DNA from: Diadema antillarum
Taxonomy: Eukaryota
Length of the DNA: 64,000 nt
Assembly (NCBI RefSeq): GCF_040938485.1
Contig: NW_027272187.1
Location: 1-64,000, forward strand
Direction: 5' to 3'
The position numbers and the translations under genes are program-made. The notes under the pieces were generated by a model that saw only the letters and a list, made by a program, of their open reading frames with translations, was not told the origin of the DNA and searched no databases. This document shows, one piece after another, positions 22,771-34,583 of the stretch. The first letter of the stretch is position 1; each line of letters starts with the position of its first letter.

Positions 22771-25700
22771 ATGGTAAAGATGTAAGAACCAATTAAGAAA
22801 GGACTTTCAAAGTGCCAGGAAGAAACTAGAAAAGGTACATTTACTGGGTGTATACGTGTACATTTTACTAGTACTGTATTGTGTCTGCATAGAAACGACA
22901 TTTATACGAACGTGGATTACATGTAGGTCTCGGCTACGTGTGGAGCACAGCAAACGTTACGATTGTTGTCAGTCGTCCTTGCAGATAAAGTGCCTTCAGT
23001 ATAGGATAGTATGTTAACAGAAATACAGTTATGTTTGACCCTTCATTCCAATTAAGCCTTGTGGTCTTTCACTATATGTATTTTGTGATACGAAGGATTG
23101 AAAATGGGGGTCTTTACCCACTTTTATATTATATCGATATAACTGACAATGTCATCTGGCATATAAAAGTACAATGTAATCTATTTTACATCAGGTTACA
23201 GCATAATGTAGTTGCCTAACATGCAAAATATAATAGAATTATGAAGAGTATTTTCTTTGATGAACATACTGTTTATTGAATATAGGTGTCAAAGAATTAT
23301 CTCATTACTATTTTGTCTCATACAACGTCATAAATCATTGTGTAAGAACGGTGAAGGCAATATATGACATCAAGTGTAGTAACATTTATGTTTGTAAATG
23401 GTTGAACAATATTAGAAAATATCAAAGTTACGTTAAACAAATCGTTTACAAATGTACAAATGTTACGAATGTTGATATTTATATTTTTTACACTTTAGAT
23501 GTGTCTTTAACGTTGTGTTGTTTGGCAGGTTTGTTTCTCATTCAGAATGAAATTTTAATCTGCGTTGTTGAAGGTACATGTTTTTTTTTAACATTTTTTT
23601 TCCTTGCAATGTAAAATATGTCGCATATATGCTCATAAAGACTGACTACAATGGGCAAACTAAACAACAATGCACATGAAGAAAAAGATGATAGTGATTG
23701 GCTGATCCTTAACAGGTTAGTGTGATAACACTCCACGTAAGGGAGCTCATCACCGATTAAGATGCTATGGCGCACCTTGATTAAAGGCCCAGAGTGATAT
23801 TCGTCATAGTTGACATGACCATCTAGTATATCTGGCGTCATACCAACCTTTATTGTATGCAAAGAGATTTTAAATCTCTTTGATTGTAAAGCTGCCCCAT
23901 TTCATCTGAAATCTGGAAGTCTCATCTTCGTAAATTACTGCTACGTATTCAAAGCAATATGTTTGAGTACTTAGTCTATATGTATCTTGTGTTATATTCG
24001 TTATCACTTGCCCATGATATGGATAGCTAAAGCATTTAAATCAGTCATACGTGTATATGTTTCGGTATTGTATTCCACAAGGCAGGCCAGTTTGGCGTAG
24101 ACAGTGTTTCAATTCCGCTTCACCCTCTCCCCCACCAACATTTACATGTTGTAGCACAGCACTGTATGCCTTCAACTTCAATATTGTTATTTTGGAGTAC
24201 TCTTGAGTTTGAGGATAAGCCAGTTCACAGTTAGCACTAGTCTGCAGTGACCTCTCCAACCACAGACTTTGCAAAACATGGAATAGTCTTCAAGAAGAAC
24301 AGTTGAAAACAGCCATGCAGGAAGTGGTAATTAATCATCAGTGCTGCCTTAATGGCTTTTGCTGTTAATGTTGCTGAAAAGAATGCACATTCCCCTGTAA
24401 ATTCCAATCTGCACCTGCTTCATTTATAACACAGTTGTCATGAAGCAAGGTTTTGAATAGGGAGTTTTCGCTACACGATGGGAAGACCGAGAATACGCGG
24501 AAGCAATCATTTGTGACAGTCCCCGTACTCGGACTTCCGTCCCCATATCTATATAAGCAGTTTCGCTTTCCTGTTAGGACGGTGGCGTGGGGACAGGGTC
24601 GCTGATTGGCTGAATGCTGGCTGCTGGCTCACTCCTGCCTAGCATCGGGACCAAACGCTATTTTGGCCGAGTACCGTACTCGTTTTCCCCAGGACGGGAC
24701 GTTTCTCGGATTTGCATTTGCACAGAAGCAAATTTTGCACACGGCACGCTCAACTACCGGCTGCGTCGTGCACACGGAAACTCGCTAATACCTCAGTTGC
24801 AAAAATCCATTTTAAGAGATGATCTGCAATGGCCTCTATCTGCACATGCTCAGATTGGAACTGTGGTGTGAACTAGTTTATTGCGCAATATGTCACGAAT
24901 TAATCACTACGAAAAATGAATCATCTTTTATGTGTTGTTTAGTTTCAATGAGCGGTGGCTTAAAGCCATCTACGCCTCTGAAATAGTATCTTTCCTTGAG
25001 TTTTGGAACTAATGAAATGATAACATATTTTGGACAGCATATGACAGTTCGAAAGAGTCGCAGACGGACTAGTTTACTGAAATACACATTAATGTTTAGA
25101 TAATCATCATCATACAAGTACTGTGGTATGTCCCTATTCGGCACCTATTCGGCACCGTATGCACATAACAACACGGAACATACACAGGAACAGTGCGAGA
25201 GTTTGTACCGTTGTGGTCAAAGTGAATGATATCATTGTTGTACGTTTGTGGCATTAGATTTTGGTGCGCGCTAATATTTCTGTCTCATTTGACAAGTATA
25301 ATATTCTAGCTCGATCATGTTCTCTCTTTGTTGGATAGAACCATATCTTCATTGTTACCAAAGGCTGATAGAAATTCATGGTAGATCCCGGGAAATAGAT
25401 CCTAACACACTGTAATGCTCATGTAGAAGAGATCAATTAATGCTGAAGAGCTGCGTATTAGAATCCGAATATAACACTTTCTATAATGACGTATTTTAGA
25501 TAAACACATGTGAGCATCTATCACCCGCCATGTAACCATGTAACGCCTGTCGTTGAGTGAATTTGTACAATTGTTCTTGCATTTGTTCATATATTGATGC
25601 TAATTTGGCACAAAGACGTGGTTACAATAAAACAGCGCCAGTGTTTTTTTTTTTCTTACAGTATTTGGTTCCGATCTTCTCGGAAAGAAGTGATGCCAAG

Positions 25701-28286
25701 ATGTCTATTTAGACAAAGCATGTCATTTTGAAAATCCACCAAGGAATTATGTACCAACAAAGATAGAAATTGTGTATGAAACTATGCGTTTTCGAGTTTC
25801 CTGAAATTATCTGCTGGACGTACCTTGCAGGTTCTCCTTGTCGTGTTTTTGTCATGATGCTTGCAATATTTGGACTGCATTTTCTCTATGTAAGTCATCA
25901 TTAACCGCCGTTTCTTTCTAAATATACTTGTAAATGTCAAAACACTTTATTATGTCCTCATTTGTCATTCAGCCGTCAGTTATTACTCTTAATGCCAGGC
26001 TTGCGTTGACCCNNNNNNNNNNNNNNNNNNNNNNNNNNNNNNNNNNNNNNNNNNNNNNNNNNNNNNNNNNNNNNNNNNNNNNNNNNNNNNNNNNNNNNNN
26101 NNNNNNNNNNNNNNNNNNNNNNNNNNNNNNNNNNNNNNNNATGATTATGCAGACATAAAAATGCGAGAGAAAGGAAAGGCCGCCTCAAACTTGANNNNNN
26201 NNNNNNNNNNNNNNNNNNNNNNNNNNNNNNNNNNNNNNNNNNNNNNNNNNNNNNNNNNNNNNNNNNNNNNNNNNNNNNNNNNNNNNNNNNNNNNNNNNNN
26301 NNNNNNNNNNNNNNNNNNNNNNNNNNNNNNNNNNNNNNNNNNNNNNNNNNNNNNGCATTATGGAGAAATCATGAAGCTGCGTCATGATAGTATCATGTTA
26401 TGAGAGCTGAGTTGTTTTTTTCAAGCGGATGGCTACTACCATTTTGACACTAATAATTCTCTCTTTGTATCATATTTTTCACTTTCTCCTATCTCGCATC
26501 TTTCTCCCCACAAACAAGGATTTTATGTTAAAGAAAATAATGGACTTAAAGTTTGACAACTTCAGCTATGTAAGAGCATGTTGCAAGCGAAATAATTTAG
26601 TTATGTTACACTGAAAGAGGAAGCGACGACTAAAGTTACACACAATCATCACATACACACGCGCAAAGCTTAACACCGTACATATCTTCCTTGCACCGGT
26701 TTCTACGGACGTCCATCCGTTTTATAACTATGTTTAAGACTGTAATAAGTAGGTCTCTGTTTATTGCTCGACTCGTCAACAGCGTGGGTGCTAGAGCACA
26801 AAGAAATGCACCTGCCGCCATTGTTTTTATAATGTGAACGCAGGTCCATGACAGTGATAACACCTAACCTGGGCGAGCTGGCGTTCCCTTCTCCAAGGGA
26901 GGGGGGCAAGGTGTTCAGATTCTCACCCTTGTACCATGTGCATATAATTCCCTTGGGGTTAATGATAGGATGAAACGACGTTATTCACAGCATATTGCAT
27001 TTCCCTTGCAAGGAAATATGAGATATGAAAGGCCATTTTTCAACAAGTTTTGTTTCCTTTTTTTTCTATGCATTCGTGTCCACTTTTATTAGGTGTGTAA
27101 TCCACTCGAGAATTTATGATACGGGGGTTTCACCATCGATGTGATATACTCGTCCTTGAACAAACTGCTTCGTGAAAACACGATACCGTAAGCGAGCTAG
27201 ATGAAGCAGATGCTTTACAAGAAGCCATGGCAAACTCCTTCAGTTTCCATTAAACCAGTGGATATCGATGCTACATTATCACCTTTATGTCGTTTAAGAA
27301 TTAAAATATTAATCGTCGAAATAAATATGAGTCTTACTCACTCCACAGGTCATGCCATTACATAAAATCATTTTGTCATGCTTTTCTGAAATGGCGCTTT
27401 CATCAGGCTTGTGTTTGGACTTTTGGAAATCATACTCTGTTATAAAAGGACAATTCTTGTAGCACAAGATTGTATCATTCTACATACGAAGATTTCACAG
27501 TATCAACAAATGCTGAATGTACTGTCGATCAGAGTTTCTTCACACAAGCAAAATTCATCCGATGTTTAGGAGGTTTGCTGGCGGCACGTCATTTATTCTA
27601 AAATTCAATAATGAAAACCTATGATGGGCATTTTTACTTCCTATGAACTTACGAAGACATAATAATGGCTGATTACACGAAAGTAGGAATTAGTTCATGA
27701 ACCGCACTGAATTTCACCATCGTCATATGACTGATTTCTGTTAATTTGGCATAATTATTACCAGTCAACCTATACGGTAAAATATATAGACGTCTTTAAA
27801 AAATATAGATATCATGTTATTATGTTAATTTTCCATGAAGATCTATGAGACAGAAGACTGCAAATAGTTTGGCATTAGTCGTAACATAGTAATGGAAACC
27901 CAGCACTGCATCACGGTACATAGGGTACTGCCTACACGCTAAGGTCATTCCTCTAACAATGTCTAAGGAGCACAATCTTAGATGCCATTGACATTGTCAT
28001 GGATTTTAGCACAGATTCAGGAAGCTCATTCCAAATGTTTTATTAATGAGAAATGAAAAAAAAAACAGAACGTAAAAGATAATGTTTGTTTTTTTAATCT
28101 GTGATGCAATATTAAACAAATGCACTTTACAGGAATTAAATACAGTTCAGGCAAATTGTTATTAGGTGACTGCGGCAGATTCTAATTTTTTTTTATAAAG
28201 CGTTGCTCATCCAAATCAAACTATTTCAAGAGCCCTGAGGATATCAAGTGTATAGAGTACCGGATGATCGCACAGGAAGTGAATCG

Positions 28287-31134
28287 TCAACTTCTGGTTT
28301 TTCCATTCTTCTTCCGGTTCATGACAGCTACGATGACGAGCAGCAATGCTTTAAGAAACTCCAGGCCGCCGAACGCCACAAAGACAGACTCGTACGAGTG
28401 AGTAACGTCAGAAAGCATTCCTTCAAAGAAAAGTAAACACACAAAGGGAAAAAAAGAGAGTCAATATTAAAGTACATAATGTACTGACCACGCAGTTCTG
28501 ACAACCAGAATCTTATATCATGCTCTCTATGTCTATAGTATTACATTTAAATCACCAGTGGTAGGTGATAGTCACCCAACTAAGAAAATAATGTGGGTCT
28601 ATGCAGTTTATTGCCTCCAAGTGCATTTTTGTCTGCGATATTACATCAATATTTTACTCCATTTTACATAATGTATGATAAGCATGCGTAATCAGTAATG
28701 AAGCATATCAAAATGCAAGTTTCTGTGACCAGAGAGTGATATCATCACGTGATCAACGAAAGAAGTAAACTTAGACAGATATGAATGAATATTAAGGAAT
28801 AAATAATCCCAATATTCTCAAATGAGCAAATGTAAATGTAATTATGAAAACTAACTCAGTATTCACGATGTTTTGTGTTTTTTTTTCCACACAATCAGAT
28901 GGGTAAGCCTAACATTCTTGCAAAGGTGAATGTGGGTTTGCTTGGGAGTTTTTTGTTTGATTCTTTATGGTAAAATAGTGGGAGTTTCTTTTCCCGTCCT
29001 CTCGGTCGGTTATCTTTGTACAAACTGATCAGCAATACATCATAATAGAAATAAGAACAGACATCTCTCCGTATAAAAAAAGAATACTAATTGCCCATGC
29101 CAAACGCATCTACTGTATATCATTTTCAGTTATTCTCGGATTAAAACAGTTATTGAGAGTGAAGTTCACGACTGAAAGGCATGATATTTGGACGGAGGAA
29201 ATCACTTTGTGAAACAGATGCAGCTGATAACTCTTGAGATAGGTAAAGATGAAAAAACCCAGAATGATTGTGTGAATATACTAATTTGTCTGCATAAGCA
29301 ATTTAGTGATTCATGCACTCCATGCGCGTAGTAGCAAAACTCAACGTCATTTGCAAGGAGATGATTTTTAAGCCGCACCTCGACTACTTTTTATTATAAA
29401 ATGTATAGCAGGGCTTACTTTTATCTTCCATCGTTCATTTTCTCATATTACGAAAGCTCACGTTAGCCAATCAAAGCCATTCATACAGTATATATTTTTT
29501 TAATGTCATGAAGGGTTAATAGTATATTTAAAAGCAAAACTGGTGTCATTATGTATTTTTGCAAACTTTAATATGTACACATGTAGGGTTTTTTATTTCA
29601 GTCCGAAGTGTATCGAGAAAGAAACCTGTTAGGTAGCCGCCAAGTGGTTCACCGATGCCGTACATGAGGGCTATCAACCCTACCGCGCTCGCAAACCTGT
29701 CCACTGGTACAGTCTCGTTGACACAGATCACCATGAGTGGACTCGATGCTCCGGCACACATACCGCCCACGAAGGCACTCGCGCTCAGGACAGGCATACT
29801 GGTCAGCAGAGGGTCGACGGCGAATGTCAGCGCGTTGACCACGGATAGCAGAATGGACAGCTGCACACCGGTCATCAGATTCCTGTCGACAACGGGCCCC
29901 TGAAAGATGCGGCCGATCAGGTTACCGACTCCGCCGATGGACGATAGCAGCACAGCCTTGTGAAGTGGGATTCCCTTGACCACTGCGTGTGGGACTAGAA
30001 AGATCATCCAGCCGACGTGTACGGTAGCCAGCAACATGAACGAGAGCTGTAGGAACACAATGGCGGGTTCGTCTCTCATCAAGGAGAGGTCCAGGAACCG
30101 CACGACGCAAAGCAGGGCTGACTTACAAAGAGTGAGAACGTGCGACGTGACGGTCGTACAGGGACGGCATACATACGATAGAAAATCTTGTGGTGATGTC
30201 CCACTGGATACTGAACTGAGAAGTCGAGTTCTTTCAATGTTTGTATCGGTTGAGTATGGCGCTCTGTCGTTCAGGACGTGTGCATGTTCGTCCTTCACGA
30301 GTGAATCGCTATTATTAAACGTAAAATAACCGTTGTCTTCGCAAAAGCTTCCTAAAATTTCCTTGTTCTCGTCGTCACATGATTTGTATGTTCGTCTTTT
30401 CATCGACATTTTCGACGCAGCCCTGAGTTTTTCTTCATCCGGCATGCTTCCTTCCGGCTGTTGGGAATCGGCACGAAGAGCAGACGACGTTGTCGGCTCA
30501 GCTTTCGCGCCTTCTTCAGTGGGATGGTGTTGCTCGATGTCTGAGACAACATGCGTTCCACCATTGCTCTCTTCTAGGTGAATCGAGTCGTTACCTTCCC
30601 TCACGAGGGGTTGTTCCATCCCCTGATCGTCTTGCGGTTCACGGGTCACCACTGCCGTAATCATCAGATGGAAGTTGATGGCTGCGAGGAGAAGGAGCCC
30701 CCCTCTCCAGCCATACAGTCCCAACATTTGTTCCGTAATGACGGGAAGAGTGATCATACCCACTGCCGGCCCTATCTGAGCTATGCCGTATGCCAGGGCA
30801 AATCGGGACCCAAAGATCTTGTTGAGAGCCATAATGGTTGGCAGACTCATCAAAGAGTACCCGAGTCCTGGAAGAAAGAAAGAAAACAAAGAAAGAAATA
30901 AGAAAAGGAAAGAACATGACAAAATTATTTCAATGATAATGAACATTACGACTCGTCAGTGCATGGATGAGAACACTTCATGAAGGAAATGGATTAAGAT
31001 TTACACACTGATGATAAATCTAGCAGACGGTAGTTTGAAATGGCACATTTTTTTTAATACTCTGCTGTACTTCATGTTTACATCATTGATGTTCTGAGCA
31101 CCATCCAATTGTCATAAGCAGGCTTTTCATATCA

Positions 31135-31170
<36 letters not shown>

Positions 31171-32739
31171 CGTGCGTGTGTTGTTTATGTGTGAATGTGT
31201 ACTTTGTATAGGATACCTTCTAGATTCACTCACCAGTGAAACTTAGGGCTCCCACCATTTCGTCTCCATTCGCCGCGAAGGATGCCAGAGCAAGAGATAC
31301 CGTTGATATACACGATCCAAGCACCATAACAAGTCGGCTTCGTGTTACTCTATAGAGGGCGCTCGTTAGTGGCCCTGTGAACAACAATAGAGTGGTGTCG
31401 ACAACAATAAAAACAACACAAAAACAACACAAAAAACCTTTATCTGAAGTCCTACAATTAAAACGCGGAATGAAGCAAACATTTACTAAACCTCAGATTT
31501 AAACGGACGCTTTATCCCCTTTATTAAATGTCTCTGTTGAAACAATAACTAGCCAGTGGTATGGACTTTTTGGCAGAAATATGAACGATTAACATAGGGA
31601 GCATTTTCTAGAGACTCTCGTCTTCTCTGCAAATAACTAGTTTAACAAATACTAAAAATCTTGGTGTCTTTTAAAGGAATAAAAACCCAAATGTAAATGT
31701 GGATTGAGTGAAAGCAGCAATATCAATAGAACACACGTCAGTGAAAGTTATTGAGAAATGATGGACAATCCTTGGACAAAAGCTATATTTAGTTACGATG
31801 CAGTTATAAATCCCTGGGTAAGAACACTACTACACTTCATGGCATCATTGTGAAGAACAATATTATAAAGAAAATTTTAAGAAAGGAGAACTCCACAAAA
31901 TCTATTTTTTCTTTCATAAAAAATGCACACATTCCATCGACTTGTTACTGACATAATCATATTACATGTAATATATCCCCCTGCTTTCCGAAAGAGGTCA
32001 AAAGCTCTATATAGAGAGAATTGTTAAATTTCATTTATTGAGATTATTTTCGTTATACTGTTGTACATAATGATGTCATTAAGTATAGTGGCATCCTTAT
32101 CCAGCGATGACGGCATCGAAATTCAATGTAATTTAACTTTTAAACGGATTGTTCGATTTTCCTCAAACTTTCACAAATATTTATCACTAGCATTGCTGCT
32201 GTCACTCAATCCACATTCAAATTATGAACATACATTTTGGGCTTTCGTTTCCTTTAAGTGGAATCTTCGGTGATAGAATTATTACTTAAAATAAAATCAA
32301 CTTTACATTTGTCTCTTTAGTCAAATATTTTCCAATACATGTGAAACCAAAGCACAGTTCTTGTAAAGACCTACATCGGTACTCATTTTTATCGAAGACA
32401 TGCAAAACATTTCATTTGAAGATTATTGTTTGTATCATTACTGTTTTACGTGGCCGCTACGAAAGCAGCAAAAGCTATAATAAATAGGCAATAAGCAACC
32501 ACACACGGAACCCAAATGCAATTAATTAGAAATACAATACGCTTACCGAGACCAAACGTAAGTCCATGACAAAGTCCAAAAGCGAGCCCAATTTTGCCAG
32601 ATGACGTGCCCAACTCGGTCACCATGTCGGGAAGCAGAACCCCGAAGCTCTTCACAGTGCCTACCTCCAGAAAGCCGCTGATGAAACGGCCCGCCACTAC
32701 CACCCAGCCGTATCCGAATTCCCTCAGAAGCTGACCCAT
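28287..32739 (-). CDS. MFS transporter, SLC16/monocarboxylate-transporter family (569 aa, 4 coding exons)
   Basis: Exons 32739-32547, 31374-31234, 30867-29626 and 28420-28287 (TGA); all junctions are phase 1 and total 1710 nt. Motifs: GYGWVVV...GTVKSFGVLL, GPLTSAL, GLGYSL...YGWRGGLLLLA, GNLIGRI...VDR, SAVGL...GEPLGGYLTGMLSDVTHSY. Confidence 0.9.
29626..30867 (-). CDS. MFS transporter large exon 3 (about TM4/5-TM11 with a long central loop)
   Basis: Part of ORF 29549-30946. Acceptor TTCCAG| at 30868, donor G|GTTTCT at 29626. Confidence 0.9.
31139..31180. repeat. (GT)n/(GCGT)n microsatellite
   Basis: Direct reading. Confidence 0.9.
31671..32257. mobile_element. TTAA-target (Kolobok-like) non-autonomous element with roughly 100-150-bp degenerate TIRs, family B
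   Basis: Left end TTAAAGGAATAAAAACCCAAATGT..TGTGGATTGAGTGAAAGCAGCAAT..GACAATCC. Right end, reverse-complemented: TTAAAGGAAACGAAAGCCCAAAATGT..TGTGGATTGAGTGACAGCAGCAAT..GAACAATCC. Confidence 0.75.
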
Positions 32740-33856
32740 CACTCCTGGAAGGCTCGGCAGGACACACTGTGAATGGAAGGCGGTTGTCGGCTTTCAAATA
32801 GCGATATGTCGGCAGATGGGAGAGAGAAAGAGGGGCGGGGGAACGTGGGAGGGAAAATTGATGGAGAGGGACGGAAGGCAGGAATATAGGGGGTGGAATA
32901 GACAGACAGATAGAGCAAGGGAGGGGGGAGAGAGAGAGTAGCATGTTACCAGCCGTAAAACAGCCGAAGGTGTAATAAACTAATTAGATGCATACTCACG
33001 AATCTGGTTCTCATTTGAAATCTCACTTCTCCGCCCTCTTCCCGACCTGCTCCTCCTCTCTCCCTTTTCTTCTCCTCACTTTTCTTTTTCTTTTACAGTT
33101 ATAGAGTGGAGGCAGAGTGGTTACATGAATTGCAAGTGGAATTCCACTCCGTATTAAAGTTGACTTAAACCGAGTAAAACAGGAACAAGCAAACAGAGTG
33201 GTAGACGTTTTGTTAGAATCAGACACAGTAGAAGAAAATCATGGGATTTCAAAATTTCGAATGTTTCGGTGCTATGCATATTAGTAAAGATGATGATATC
33301 ATAATTACTTGACAAGTTTCCCCATGACTGTAGACAAATCTTACGATAACTTTCAATTTGTACTATCATGAAATAAAAAAACAACAACCAACAAATCAAT
33401 TTGAATTGTTGGTTTCGCATCAAATCATTGTAGTGTAATGTTGTATGGGAAAAGTGGGTTACAGTATAAGCCACGTATGGACCACAAACCTGAAATTTAC
33501 AACGGGAGAGTTACAGTGACATCATTGTCTCTTCAAGCATTTTGCACATGAGTCGAATATTACTGCTATACTGTAAATCATGAGGATAGATCAAAATTCG
33601 TCAATTTTCTTTTTTTTCTGATTTAGATGAAGCGCCTCTTATCCTTACTTTTTCGTTAGTAGTCCTTTTAACGAGAATTTCCGTGAACATTATAGTTGTC
33701 CTGCATTTCAGTTATTGTGTGAATGAAAATGTGAAGAGAAACAGATGCACTGGACGATGATGGCAAGTAAAGGTGCCTTGCTACGTGGTTGAGTTGTCAG
33801 TATGTACGCGAGCATTTGTGGCCTCGACATTATGGGTGCACGTCACGAGACCGACA

Positions 33857-34128
33857 CCCACGAGTCATACAGCCCACCAGTCATACAGCCCATGAGTTCG
33901 ACTCTAAGCAAAAAAGGCCCACGAGACCGACACATTAGGCCTCGTGATGTATCTGTCGAACTCATGGGCTGTTTTTACCTAGTGTCGAACTCATGGGCTT
34001 TATTTACCTATTGTCGAACTCATGGGCTTTATTTGCCTAGTGTGGAACTCATGGGCTGTACGACTCGTGAGCTGTACGACTCATGGACTTGTTTCAATGT
34101 CGAACTCGTGGGCTTTATGACTCCTGGG
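33857..34128. repeat. Inverted array plus 29-bp tandem minisatellite built on GTCGAACTCATGGGCT; likely the subterminal region of a DNA transposon
   Basis: Units start at 33955, 33984, 34013 and 34042 (period 29). Inverted copies (AGCCCATGAGTTCGAC, GAGTCATACAGCCC) lie at 33857-33902. Confidence 0.7.
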
Positions 34129-34583
34129 CAGTGGCGTATCTCGTGGGATGACCCCGACACTCCTGCGTAACCAAAGTTACAAGAGATTTCCACTGACCAT
34201 AATGATATTACTCTCATGCATTGCCATGTATCGACAAAGAGAACAGAACAGGATATAGGTGTACCAATAAACATGGTTTCAAGAGGAATGCATGTGGAAG
34301 AAAAAGATAATGTATACTCGTGAATATAAATTATAGGTATTTCATGTATTTTTTTCTCTTTGATACGTCATGGTCTCCAGTAAAATACCAAGGTAAATTA
34401 CAAATCAAATATCAAGCATAAATTATAATATCAATAATACTTTAAGAATAAGGATACATTAAATGATATACCTCAAAATAATTGTTCTCTTAATTATTTC
34501 TCCTCAGTGTTATGCACAGTACAGTTCCAAAGCTTGGAAGAGCTAAAATGTTTGATTGGCAACAAAGCACGGAAAAAAAAATC

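Noticed and set aside
23542-24274. Minus-strand ORFs of 106 and 77 aa downstream of the orphan promoter
   Set aside because: No recognisable motifs, AT-rich composition and non-ATG starts.
24376-24720. U6/7SK-type Pol III snRNA gene (octamer, TATA, downstream T-run)
   Set aside because: The downstream sequence matches no snRNA 5' end I know, and no PSE can be identified.
33955-34060. CRISPR-like repeat-spacer array
   Set aside because: The 13-nt spacers are near-identical, so it is a 29-bp minisatellite; the context is eukaryotic with no cas genes.
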